Shown in pieces: positions 37,101 through 49,700 of a stretch of 64,000 nucleotides of DNA (its first letter is position 1; each line of letters starts with the position of its first letter). This stretch comes from the human T2T-CHM13v2.0 reference genome, Homo sapiens. The stretch lies in assembly GCF_009914755.1 (NCBI RefSeq), contig NC_060927.1; one strand, written 5' to 3'. Under the pieces are notes generated by a model. That model was not told where the DNA came from and searched no databases. It worked only from the letters and a program-made list of their open reading frames with translations. The translations under genes and the position numbers were made by a program.

Positions 37101-38379
37101 CTGTAGCCCACCCTGGCTTTAAGGAGGAGAAAGCCAATGCGCAGGCTCCTAAGCCAGGCTCCTCGAGTTCAAGTCCCACCTCCACTGCTGACTACCATGA
37201 GACCCCCACACATTCCTGACCTCCTTTAAGGCTCCCCCTGAAAAATGGGAATCAGAGCAGTGCCTGCACCACAGACTTATGATGAAGATCAATTTAAATA
37301 ATATATGAAAAATATTTAGTAAGCGTACAGTGAATGTCAGTTGCTGTCATTATCATCACAGTTACATTTAATATTCTGAACATTAAACACCACGAGCCTC
37401 TATACAAAGCTCATATTTCCAGGCCACAATTCAGGATCATTTTTGTCTTTCACTCCTTGCTACAGCTGCCCACGAGTGATTCCAGGCAGGGCCATGACGG
37501 CTGCTGGGGTGGGCGGTGCCAGCCCTTCTCCCCCATCCCTGCGTGCCCCCCTGCTCGCCCCTGCTTGCTAATGCCCATGTGACATGAGACTCTGAAAGCA
37601 GCGATAAAAACAGCAGCTCTTAATCTGCCTGCTGCATGTGGCTTTATCTGAACCCCTCCTCCCTGGGCTGCTGGGGGCTCAAGGGGAGATGGGCAGATTA
37701 AGAGCAACGTTTCCGACATGCCCTCCCACCTCCTGCAAACTGGGGCTGCCGCCAGCAGATTTCCTCAAAGCCCAGCGAGGCAGCCGCCGGAGGAATGTGC
37801 GGCCTCCTTGGCATGGCAGACATTCAAGGGAGCCCACAAAGGCGCTGTTATGAAAACCCTCTGGAGCACGGGGTAGGATGGGAGCGTTTCATTTGCAATT
37901 GGGATTGCACATTTCAAGAACGGGAGCTCGGCAACAGAACGCATGCATGTGAACACACACGGCTCATAATTAATTCATTTCACTTCCTCCTGTTGAAAAA
38001 ATATTGCAGGAGATGCGGGGTGGAACCACCAGTCTGAGCAGGTAGTTATTTCTGTGCCTGGGGCTCAGCCTGGCTGAGAACCAACCTGTCTAACATGGAA
38101 GCTGAAGGGCAAGTAACTCTCGTGCGGGCTCCTGCCCCAGCCGAGGTACAGCCAGCAAGGCGTTCCTGGGTGCCCGGAAGTGGCTTCCCCAGACTGGTCT
38201 CCTCCACCTGCATTTTGTGTGGTCTTCTCATTCTTGGACAAGATTGTCTTTTAACTGCTAAAAACTAGAGATAGAGCTAGGAGCTATCACTTAGCCACTG
38301 GCACTTCCCAGCAACTCCCCAGGAGTTACAATGCTCAGGACGTATTGGCAAACTTGTAGGAACTACAGGACCCGTGCGA

Positions 38380-38700
38380 GGTCCTAGATAAGGTGAGGAA
38401 AGCCCCACTCCCTTCCCTCAAGCAGCCTACAGTTCAGAGGGAGGAGGCAAGTTAAGTAGGTGTGTGCATGGCCTACTGTGGAAGAACAGAAGGGGAAAGC
38501 CAAATCTAGCCTGGCAGTCAGGGAAGGAGAATGGTACATCCACGAGGAAATGGAAAGAATGAACAGGAGTTAGCAGGGAGAATCAAAAGTGCAAAGACCC
38601 TACAGCTAAGAACAGCCTGGTACATTCTGGAATATTCTGGAATGGGAGGTTTAAGGGGTGGTGATGGTGCCAGGAGGATTAGAGTTAAAAAAGCAAGGGT
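38380..38700 (-). mobile_element. L2 fragment
   Basis: ccctcaagcagcctacagttc...cagtcagggaagg...aagtgcaaagaccct...gaacagcctggtacattctggaa. Confidence 0.55.
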
Positions 38701-38759
38701 TTAAAAACTGACTTTGGTTTCTCTATCTGAGGGGGCACTCACTTAAAATGATAAAGACA

Positions 38760-39060
<301 letters not shown>

Positions 39061-39449
39061 GAGGTCCTGATAGCCCAAAATGGTCATGAGTAAATTTTAC
39101 TTGATAGAAAAAAAAAATGTGTTTTTTTTCATTCTATCACTTACTCATGTAAATAATTGTTTACTGAACATCAGCAACATACCAGGCCCTGTGCTAGTTA
39201 TTGATTATTCAAAGGTAATTCAGATGTGCTCTTGTCTTCAAGGAGTTCACAGTCTAACAGAAACAGAAGTCATCGCTAAGGTTGTTCGTACACTCAGAGG
39301 TCCCAGGCGCCCTATGTGCCCTGTCCCATTTGTTCCTCTGCAGGCTCTGCCTTCTAAGTGGGAGTGGAGGGAAACTTCGGGACGCATTTGTCCTCCACAG
39401 TCACTCAGTGCCCTATGTCAAATGCGTGGTGGAGAGGGGACGGGGACAT

Positions 39450-39606
39450 GGAGAGAGGAAGAGACAGAAACAGACAGGCAGACATTGAGACAGAGAGAAG
39501 CAAAGATAGGAACGGAAAGAGATAGAAAGACAGTCAGACAGTGGAGAGAAACTGACTAAATAAACAGAGGACCGGGAAAGAGAGGGTGGGAGAGAAAAAC
39601 AGATAA

Positions 39607-39641
<35 letters not shown>

Positions 39642-39735
39642 CAGAGGCAGACAGGTAGAGGGACTGGGAGAGAGAAATAGAAGCAAGGTACAGCCTCATT
39701 CACAGAAAGAGAAAGAAACAGAGGGAAAATGAAAG
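39450..39735. repeat. GA-rich tract including a pure (AG)n run at 39611-39639
   Basis: Read directly. Confidence 0.9.
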
Positions 39736-41103
39736 ACTCCAGACTGAAAGGGGCAGAGGCTGGGAAGGTGACACCCCAGCTGAGTTCTTTCTTTAAAAAA
39801 AAATCCAGGGCTCTAGTGCTTGCTAGCTGGGGTCTGGCTTGGCTGGTCTCCAGGTGTCCCTACAGGCACGGCTGAGTCAGAGCCAACACGGTGGGAGAGG
39901 CTGGGGCTCTAGACACAGGGTCCTGAGACACCCAGTCCAGGGGAGTGGGAGCCAGCTACAACAGCTCACCCTTCCCCAGGTGTTTTCCTCCCCACCCGTC
40001 CCCACACACCTGGCCAAGGCCCTCACTGCAGGGACTGACTGGTGCACCTGAGGAGTTAAGGTTGCCGAGAATCCTCCAGGACTAGCCCCTGCAACTGGTC
40101 CCCTGCACAGTCTGGCCAAGGAAGCAGTCTCCAGAGCTGCTGTGTGTGGAGTCCTGTGGGCTGCCTGGGGCCCTCAGCTGTCCGGCCACTGTGTATGGGG
40201 CTGTCTTTTGGTGCCAGGCTCTGCATCCTCACAATAAGGCAGGCACTTGTAGCCTATTTTACAGGTAGGGAAACCAAGTCCTGGAGAAGTCAAGGGCTTG
40301 TGCAAGATTACACAGCTGGCACACCTAACTAGTAAGTTCACTGCTACCGTGCTAAGCATTTGTCATTCATTATTACGGAAACCCTTGAAGCAGGCTTTAG
40401 GAGCGCCATTTTATAGATTAAGAAACTGAAGTCTGAAGAGGTTAGGCAGCATGCTTGGGTGACAGTACCAGTGTCGAAAAGAGCTAGGATGAGAACCTTG
40501 GCATGCTGGTCTCAGAAGCTCTGAATCCCTTCTGTACACACCCCTAGCCCCAGGACACACACCTCTTCTCCCTTGAAACCTCAGCATCCAGGACCTAGGA
40601 GAAAAACGGATTGCATCTTCTGATGGAGACATGCTATGCCCAGTGGCACTCACCTTCCACAGCACGGCTGCAGCCAGCGATTTGCCCTCAGCCCTATTTC
40701 TCTACCCCAAGCTTTCTCAGCCTGGGACCACGAAATCCAAGGAGTCTGTGGATAGAATTCAGAGGGTCAGTGGACTTGGGTGGAATCATTATTTTCACTA
40801 ACTTCTAACCAAAGTTCAGCATTTGTCTCCATTGTAAATGTGACAAACTACAGTCAGATTAGCAGCGCCTGTGACTGTCACCAGTAGAAATCACAGATAG
40901 TTACCTATGGAAGGACAGTTGCTGCAGACGTCTCAGCACATTATGCATGTTCAGCACCACTTCAAGCTTCTGGTAGCTGTGAGACACACTGCCAGACCTT
41001 CTCATTTAACGCATTCATAAAGAAGCACATATGTAAAAAAAAAAAAAAGAAGAAGAAGCAGCAGCACATATGTACATTTCTTTTTAATATCTTGATAATT
41101 GCA

Positions 41104-41390
41104 TTTTTTTTTGAGACGGAGTTTCCCCCTGTCACAGGCTGGAGTGCAAGGTGCAATCTCATCTTACTGCAACCCCCACCTCCCAGGCTCAAGCGATTCT
41201 TGTGCCTCAGTCCCCCGAGTAGCTGGGATTACAGACGCGTGCCACCACGCTGGCTAATTTTTGTATTTTTAGTAGAGACAGGGTTTCACCATGTTGGCAA
41301 GGCTGGTCTTGAGCTTCTGGCCTCAAGTGATCTGCCCACTTCAGCTTCCCAAAGTGCTGGGATTACAGGTTGTGAGCCACCATGCCCAGA
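41104..41390 (-). mobile_element. Alu (AluS)
   Basis: Reverse-complement dimer; TSD tgataattgcattt/tgataattgtattt. Confidence 0.96.
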
Positions 41391-41425
41391 TGATAATTGT
41401 ATTTCAAAACTATTTCTTTCCTTAG

Positions 41426-41762
<337 letters not shown>

Positions 41763-42030
41763 CTCCTTAGTCTTATTATGTAAAACAAAATTTTTTTTTT
41801 TTCTGAGAAGAGTCCAGAGGTTTCGCCAGATGCCCCAGGGGTCCAGGACTTCTGAGTATGCATCTGGGGACCTGGCGGTGCAGAATTGCAGAGGTGATCA
41901 TTGCTCCCCACCTGCCCTGCCGAATCCCTGGAGTCTAGGCTATGGGTCCATGCCTGTTGGTTCCCTGGCTCAGAAACTGAACCTCTACCAGATATCTGAG
42001 AAGTGCAAGCTGGAGCCAGTCAGCACAGAT

Positions 42031-42070
42031 TCTTCTGTGTTACCAGGCACTCCTCTGTGTTACCAGGCAC
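42031..42070. repeat. 20-bp tandem duplication (1 mismatch)
   Basis: tcttctgtgttaccaggcac tcctctgtgttaccaggcac. Confidence 0.95.
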
Positions 42071-42221
42071 AGCCATGTCAGAGCACATGCTCAGTGTTCG
42101 AAGACAGGAACCATCACCCTTGGGTTTGTAGCCAGCCACCCAGAAGTGTTCAAAGCAGACCCTTTTGTTGAAAGCAGAGCCTTCTTACAGTTTAATGAAT
42201 TCAGAAGGCAGCAAAGTGGGA

Positions 42222-42400
42222 GGCACTGGTTCTGTACCTTGGCTGCTCATAGAAATTGACTGAGGAACTTTTAAAAGTACTGATGCTTGGATCTCCCCTG
42301 GGAGATACTGACTGACTTGATTTGGGGTGATGCCTGGCCGTCAAGATTTTTAAAAATTCACTAGAGGATTCTAATGTGCAGCCTGGGTTTAGAACCTCTG
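42222..42400. mobile_element. MER5-family hAT element
   Basis: cactggttctgtaccttggctgc...gattctaatgtgcagcctgggtttagaacctctg. Confidence 0.8.
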
Positions 42401-42491
42401 ATGTACTGAGAAAAGCCAAGCCCCAGGCTAGCCCTCAGGGCATCAGAGTCCATGTCTATGTTTTAGGCATGTAGAAATCCTGCTGGGTCAA

Positions 42492-42914
42492 TGCTGCAAT
42501 TTAACTGTGTTCCCCAAAAGTTGATAGGTTGAAAACTTGATCCCCAATGCAGCAGCATTGAGAAGTGCAACATCTGGGAGGTGATTGGGTCATGAGGGCT
42601 GTGCTGTCATGAACAGATTAATCCATCCGTGGAGTAATGGATTAATGGGTTATTGAGGGAATGGGTTAGTTATCCCGGGAATGGGTCTGTAATAAAAATC
42701 AGTTTGGCCGTCTTTCCTGAGCCCCTCATCTCTCATGAGCCATTTGATGCCCTGCGCCACCTCAGGACTCTGTAGAATCCCATCAGCAAGAAGGCCCTTA
42801 CCACATGTGATCTTGGACGTTCAGCCTCCAGAACTGTAAGAAACAAATTTCTTTTCTTCATAAATTACCCAGTCTCAGGTATTCAGTTATTGAAACAGAA
42901 AACAGACTAAGATA
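42492..42914 (+). mobile_element. MST (MSTC/D-like) solo LTR
   Basis: ggaggtgattgggtcatgagggct...cagcctccagaactgtaagaaac...aacagactaagata; TSD GTCAA/GTCAG. Confidence 0.9.
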
Positions 42915-43039
42915 GTCAGTTTCCCCATTTGCAAACATTTGGGATGGGAAGAAGGGAACTATGTTTATTAAGCACCCACCACATGCCAGGCACTTTATCA
43001 TGCATTTATGTATTTATCATGCTCCATCACTCTGCTAAA

Positions 43040-43205
43040 TCGGCACTGCTCAAACTTTGCTAGATCTTGTTAAAGATTTAGAGATCTTGTTCAAGTACGG
43101 ATTCTGATTCAGTGTGTTGGGAGTGGGTCCAGAGATCCTGCATTTCCAACAGGCTCCCAAATGATCTGATGCTGCTGTCCAAGGAGCCCACTTTGAATAG
43201 CAAAT
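43040..43205. mobile_element. MER5-family hAT element
   Basis: ctgctcaaacttt...gattctgattcagt...ctgcatttccaacaggctccca...cactttgaatagca. Confidence 0.8.
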
Positions 43206-43299
43206 GGCTAATGAGTCTTCATAGCCAGCATCTGTTCTAATTGGTCAGTGCCTGTGCCAGGCCAGTTGGTTAACTATTTAAGCCATCCCCTCTGCCAAT

Positions 43300-43870
43300 T
43301 CATGCCCCTATTCCGATGACAGCACCCAGGTTTGCTCTAGGATCTCTGTCCCTCCCCTTGCTCAGCCTTGAGGCTCTTGCAAGACAGATGACCACCCCAG
43401 CTCCAGAGAGGGGCCTGATCAATCTAAACTAACCAACACGTCATATCCCTAAGCCAGGTGCTATGGCTCAAGGATGGGCACCTAATTTAACCCAAGCAAA
43501 TGGAATGCCAAGAGTTTGAAAGTAGAAGCTCCTCTCTCTTCTGTGGGTACTACCAGAGGGGACATTCTTTCTTCTCCAGACTGATGAGGCTTAAGAATTT
43601 AAAGGATGTAGCTGCTGTCATTATTTCCTTTCCTGAAGGAAGAGCTCAGAGGTGTGGGCTATAGAAGCCAATGGTGAGGAGCCTAAGGATGAAGGCAGGC
43701 AGAGCAGAGAGAAGCCAGGTCCTTGAAGACGTCATTAGAGTGGCTGGATTAAGCCTTGCCTGAAGTTCACACCTGGGCTATCAGCTCAAAGGCCGTTTAA
43801 TCCCCTTATTGTTTAAAGCCAGGTTGGGTTAGATTCTATGTCTTTTAACATCAATAGTCCTAACACAAGC
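43300..43870 (+). mobile_element. MLT1K/L-like LTR
   Basis: ccccagctccagagagggg...ggattaagccttgcctgaag...ttattgtttaaagccaggttgggtt. Confidence 0.6.
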
Positions 43871-43879
43871 TCAAGCATT

Positions 43880-44085
43880 AGAAAGAGCAGAGTTTTAACC
43901 TCAGCTCAGTCACTCACTAGCTGTGTGGCCTTGTACAAATCATTTGACCTCTCTGAGCCTGTTTCCTCACCTATCAAATGAAACTAGTAATACCTATCCC
44001 AGGATTGCTGTGAGGGTCAGGAGAAACCGCGAGTGTGAAATGCCTGGCATCTGTGCAATAAATGGTAGCTATTATTATAAATACT
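43880..44085 (+). mobile_element. MIR SINE
   Basis: cactcactagctgtgtggccttg...ctctctgagcctgtttcctcacct...aataaatggtagctattatt. Confidence 0.88.
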
Positions 44086-45651
44086 CATTATTAGTCCTAT
44101 TTTGGTAGGCCCTCATTCTACAAACTATATATGTCAAAAGTTGTTTCTAGCTATTAGCCAAAAAAAAAAAAAAAATGGTAAATTAACCTAAAAGATTGGG
44201 AAGGAGGGGCCTCAAGGTTATTAATACTAGAGAGAAGGAAAGGGAGAAAAAGTCAGAACTCCCTCGGTAACTAGAAGAGATGAGGAAGCTTGTCCTGGAG
44301 GGGAATGTAAGGCCTGCCCGGGCTGTAATTGATTTGGTCATAACACGCCCAGACCTTGGCTCCATCTGGCAAAGTGTATGGAAGCCACGTTCTGCTTCTC
44401 TGGATATTTGATGGTCTGATTGGCTCAGCCTTCCTAATTGTGTTGTATTGACAAATATATTTGTTTGGAACAAGCAAATGTATTGCAGGCAGGAAACAGA
44501 CCAACTCCAAGAATTTATTTTGCTTTTTGGCACTGCTGCACTGAGTTTAGCATTCATTATGCGCCCATGTAAAACAGTCTCTGGGAACGCTGGCCTGAGT
44601 TATCTTTTTAATTATATTTATTTTTTCAGCTGCATTTCGGATCATGAGCAGACTTGCTGGTACTAAACAGGCCTCATTGGGTGAAACCTCCTGCCTCCCT
44701 CAAAATCACGTTGTGTGGATTAAATGTTCAAAGACATCAGACAAACCTGTGACGCTGCCATGGGCCATTATCGCTAATGGAAGAGAGATGGGGTTAAGTC
44801 AGTCAAATCCCTGCTCTGAGCCCAGAAAAGTCCACAGAAACCAAATCCTGGTCACCAGATTGAAATTGAAATCAGGTTTAAGGAGAGGGATGAGAAGATG
44901 AATGGAAGGCAATTTAGAGTGGATCGTTTGGCAATCACCAGGCCCCACTTTTCTTGTACTCAGTCCCCCGACTACCACCACAGGGGCACCTGGCAGCCAT
45001 ATTTGAATATGGCCCTCCTCCTTGATTGGATGAGGGGTGAGCACTGACCCCAGCAGGGCCAGAGTCCCTAATGGAGTTACTAGGAGAGAGACTAAAGGGC
45101 AGACAGACAGACTGACCACATGGCAGGTGCTGTAACAAGAGATCTGGGAGATGTAAGCAGCCATCTTGGATGTCATGTGGACAGAAAAGTCACAAAAGCC
45201 CGGGAAAGGGAATGAAGCCATCACAGGGGGATGCAGATGGGAGGCAATAGGAAAGATCCTTTTGTTGGTTCTCAGCTTCCTGGTTCCAGTCGCTGAGGCA
45301 CCCTGCCTACTTAGACTGAATTCTTCCTTTTTGTTCCAGCAAGCTCAAGTTGTTCTCTCACTTACAACCATACAAGGGAAAACTATGCAACCAACCAAAC
45401 AATGTTGTGGGAGAATATTTATTAACACGAAAAATGTACACAAGAACATTGTTGAGTGCAAAAAGCGTGCTGCTATCCTCCTTTCAGCCGATATTTATCG
45501 GGTATCTACAGCATGTCAGACGCTGTGTATTCAATGGTGAGTAAGGTCATGGCCCCTGCCCTTGTCAAGTTTACAGTCTGGTTACAAAATGTCAGAGAAG
45601 ATTATACTCAGTAAAAAGAAGAAATAAAATAGATTTATAACAATATTCAAA

Positions 45652-45832
45652 ACTGGTGTTGCTCCAAGTGTGATCTGTGGACCACAGCGCATGGGCATCA
45701 TCTGGGAGCTTGTGAGAAGTGTAGATGCTCAGTCCCACCCCAGACTGACTGGGGGTGGGGCCAAGAAATCTGTGCTTTAACAAGCAGCCTTCCAGATGAT
45801 GCTGATGCATCCTCAAATTTAAGAACCACTCC
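45652..45832. mobile_element. MER5A
   Basis: gtggaccacagc...catcatctgggagcttgt...aaatctgtgctttaacaagc...aaatttaagaaccact. Confidence 0.85.
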
Positions 45833-45834
45833 TG

Positions 45835-46134
<300 letters not shown>

Positions 46135-46239
46135 TCACCTTCCAAATTAAGAATTTCCAGCTTTTCCAGTGTTCCCATTCCTAAATGCTACAACTTCAAA
46201 ACCACCTAAGGGTGTATGTGTGTGTCAGCAAACATAGCA

Positions 46240-46446
46240 ATCAGCTAGATATAATTTTACATATATTAATTTAATCCTCATAACAACTCTCTAAGATAGA
46301 CTCTATGTGTCCCCCCACTTTACAAATGAGAAACCTGAGGCACAGAGAGGTGAAGTCACTTGCCCAAAGTCACAAAGAAAATAAGTGGTAGAGATGGGAT
46401 TCAAACCCAAGCAGTCTGGCTCCAGAATCTGTACTCTTAATCACTA
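46240..46446 (-). mobile_element. MIR SINE
   Basis: tttaatcctcataacaactct...ctgaggcacagagaggtgaagtcacttgcccaaagtcaca...ggattcaaacccaagcagtctggctccaga. Confidence 0.92.
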
Positions 46447-49019
46447 AGTTTAACCACTTGTCAAATAAGCCCTGAGCACCTTTGTCGCCTGGCAGAGAGA
46501 GAGAGAAGTTCAGTCACATCTCTCAGACTGGACCATATAGCTGCAGCTTGTTCTATGCCATTCTCTGCCCCTCCCAGATCTGATCAGGTTGTATAAGATC
46601 TACAGTTGCTGGCTGGACTCCTAAACTGGGGATACCTCTTTGTCCCTTCAGAACTGTGTACTCCTGCAGTTGAGAAGGGCCCTATAGCAATGTTGCCCAA
46701 GCCCCAAAGTGTTAGAATCATTAAATTTTTATGCACGATCTTCCCCATGGGGTACCCACTCCTCTAGGGTGGCTGGATCAGGAAGGTTCTAGTGCCAGCC
46801 TCAAACCGTGCTCAGAAGGAACCCTCATCTCCAGCCACCAGGGCCTGGGTGCTGAGTCCTGGCACCTGTGCAGGCTGTGTTTTCTCTTATGGTGAGTGTC
46901 TGTTCTGGAATCCTGTGATCCTTTCTGTGTGCTCTGGATTGAGGCCAGCCTAGCCCAGAAGGTGAAGTTGTTTTTATCCTTGACTCCTAAAGTAAAAACA
47001 GGGATCACAGATTCTTTTTCTTCCAGGAAACCTCTCAGTCCCTGTTGTGGGGAGAGAGTGATGAGGGAAATATGGATTTATAAAAAGAGAAAGGGATATG
47101 TGCGGCTCAACTCACCCGCCAGGAGCAACAATGCTTCAAATGCAAATAGGGACGTTGACTAGGAAGTGACCCCTCCTAACGCCAACCAGCAGTAGTATTT
47201 CTAAGCCCAGGCCTGCATCCAGCCAATATGTCTAATTATAGCCTCGGAGGAGCAGGGATAGACACCACTGAGAATTATCCATAAAGTGCCAGCTCAGCTT
47301 GTTAACAAACTAGTTCCTGTCTGGTTGGAAAGAGCCATCACTTGAGCCCCATGCAGGCCACCCCATTTGCCCTGGCTCCACCCCCAGGAACCCTAGACCT
47401 TCCCACCAGTCAGCAACTACAGGGTTAATGCCTGGCACAGCTGGGAGGCCTCCACTCACCCCAGGGCTACAGCCATCGTCCATTCTGAGGGGCTGGTGTC
47501 TAGAGCTGCTGAAGTCTGGAAAGATACACACTAACTTGTTGAAATAATGCTTTTCTGTAAGTATCAGAACATAGATGTCTTTTATTTTCTTCTTTCTGCT
47601 TATCCATGTTTTTCAGCTTTTCTACAATAAACATGATTTATTTATGTCATGAAGATTACTTTTTTAAAATATTAAAGAGAATGGCAGGTTTTTAATTTCC
47701 TGAGTAGCAGAGTGCCCTTTTTTCCTCTTGCCTCCACCCCAACCATTAGCACTGGCAGTCCCTCACAGATGCAGCAAGTGGGATCACAATGGTGGCAAGA
47801 GGCTCCTGAACATGGCCTTGGACATCTTTGGGAAACAAGGCCCACGCCCTGGGGGCTCAGTAAAGAAGCATTGTGCTTCCCTGGCCTTGAGCCCACCTAC
47901 TGCCCCTGGTCGGCATGACTAACCATCTAATTCTAGAGAAATGGGAACTCATTGAGTGATCTGGCTTCCTCCAGAGAGCAGCCCATTCGTTTCCTGAAGT
48001 GACTGGTCCACTGGGAAGAGGGCCAGGATAGACCTTTGAAGTACTCAACAACAAAAGGAGGAGAAAGAAGAGATCGCACAATAGAGCAGCCTGGGGCCGT
48101 GATGGGAATGAGAGTTCATGTCCCTGTTAAACAGCAAAGATTAGATCAAAGCTAGCAGATTCATGGCACACACACCATTACCACCCATTTACTGTCCAGA
48201 GCAGACATTTCTAATCAATCACAGCATTTATCCTCACCGAGTGCTCCTCAGTGCAGCCCCAGGCAACTTTACCATCCACTGCCAGAGCTGAATCTTATTT
48301 GTCACTCTTGGAGTACTTGGGTTGGAGATGCTAACCCTTCAGACAAGACCACTTAGACCCCTGGGTGCAGGGTCATGAGTTTTCCTTGGATCTAGAGTCT
48401 GCACCAAACAGTGCCGTAAGGTCTATAGTTGTTAATTCCCTCTGACTTATGGAGATGTCGCTCTTCCTAGTATCAGGGAAACTCCCAACTGGGTGTGGCT
48501 CTACCTTCTGCCAGATGGAACACGAGAGGTCATCCCTCATCAAACTCTTTTGAGTCATGGAACCCTTTCTTCAAATCAAAGCTGAGTCAGAAGGCCAATT
48601 ACAAAACAAATTGAAGCGGAATTACTGTGCTTAAAGAGGAGGTGACAGTCCCAAGCCACAGCCACCAAATGTCACCTCAGCCCCTGCTGCTGAAGGACTG
48701 ACTTCCCAAGGACTCCTAGGGCTCCATGGGACAGTAAGGATCACTGATCCTATTCAAGTCACAGTATCTTACAAATGGGGAGAGCGAACCCAGAGGGGAG
48801 ACGTGAACACCCCGAATTCACACAGCCGGCGAGGGAGGAGCAAAGGCAGGAACCCAGGAGTCTCCCAGCTTTTGATCCAAACACAGAACCCAGCATCAGA
48901 CGTTTGGTCCCTTCTTTCTTGGCATGATGCAGTCTCCCTGAGGGGCTGCCGCTGCCCCCTGATTCGGGTCTTGTCTGTCCACCTGTGACTCCCATTTCTA
49001 GAGCTGCAGCCTCAACCTT

Positions 49020-49700
49020 TCACATTGATCTTGACCTTGACCTCCATCCATTTCTCTCCATCCCCATGGCCATTTCCTTATTTCAAGCCAGTATCAGTTT
49101 TCCCCTGGATGTTTGGCAACAGCCTCTTAACTGGCTCCAGTTTCCCCACTCCATTATTCAGAATGTGGCCAACATGATCTTTCTAAAACGCAAATTTGAA
49201 ACAATCATTCCTTAGCTTGTAATTCTTCAAATGCTTCCCATTGATCTTCAAATGATGTCCAACCTCCTTGCATAGCTTACCAGACCCTTTGTAATCTGAC
49301 CCATTTACCTCTCTACCCCCATCTTTCATGATTCCCTGACTCAGACTCCTGCAAGATGGAGGAGACTCTGTGTCTGCAGTGAGTGTGTGTGTGTGTGTGT
49401 GTGTGTGTATGTCGGGGTCTAAACTTTTCTGTCTCTAGACCTTTGCACAAGCAGTTCCTTTTGCCTGGAATACTTTCCCCTCCCCTTGGCACCTAGCTAA
49501 CTACTCCCCATGCTTCAGGACTCCCCTTAGCTGTCACTCTTCCCACTATCCCTTCCTGTCCCCAAGAGTCTGCACAGCAGGACCCTCTTCGAAGCTCCCC
49601 ACACCTATGCCGCCCCTTCCCACAAACTACCCTGAAAAGCCTTTGCTTAGTGTCCGCACTGTCACCCACACTGGACTCAAGATCCTTGGGTCGGGGACTC
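49020..49700 (+). mobile_element. L2 LINE fragment containing a (GT)n run at ~49383-49408
   Basis: gcaacagcctcttaactgg...tgatctttctaaaacgcaaat...cctttgcacaagcagttccttttgcctggaatac. Confidence 0.8.

Noticed and set aside
44600-44640. Strong-looking 3' splice site (T-rich tract + CAG)
   Set aside because: No matching strong donor or coding frame downstream; cannot be called an exon without RNA data.
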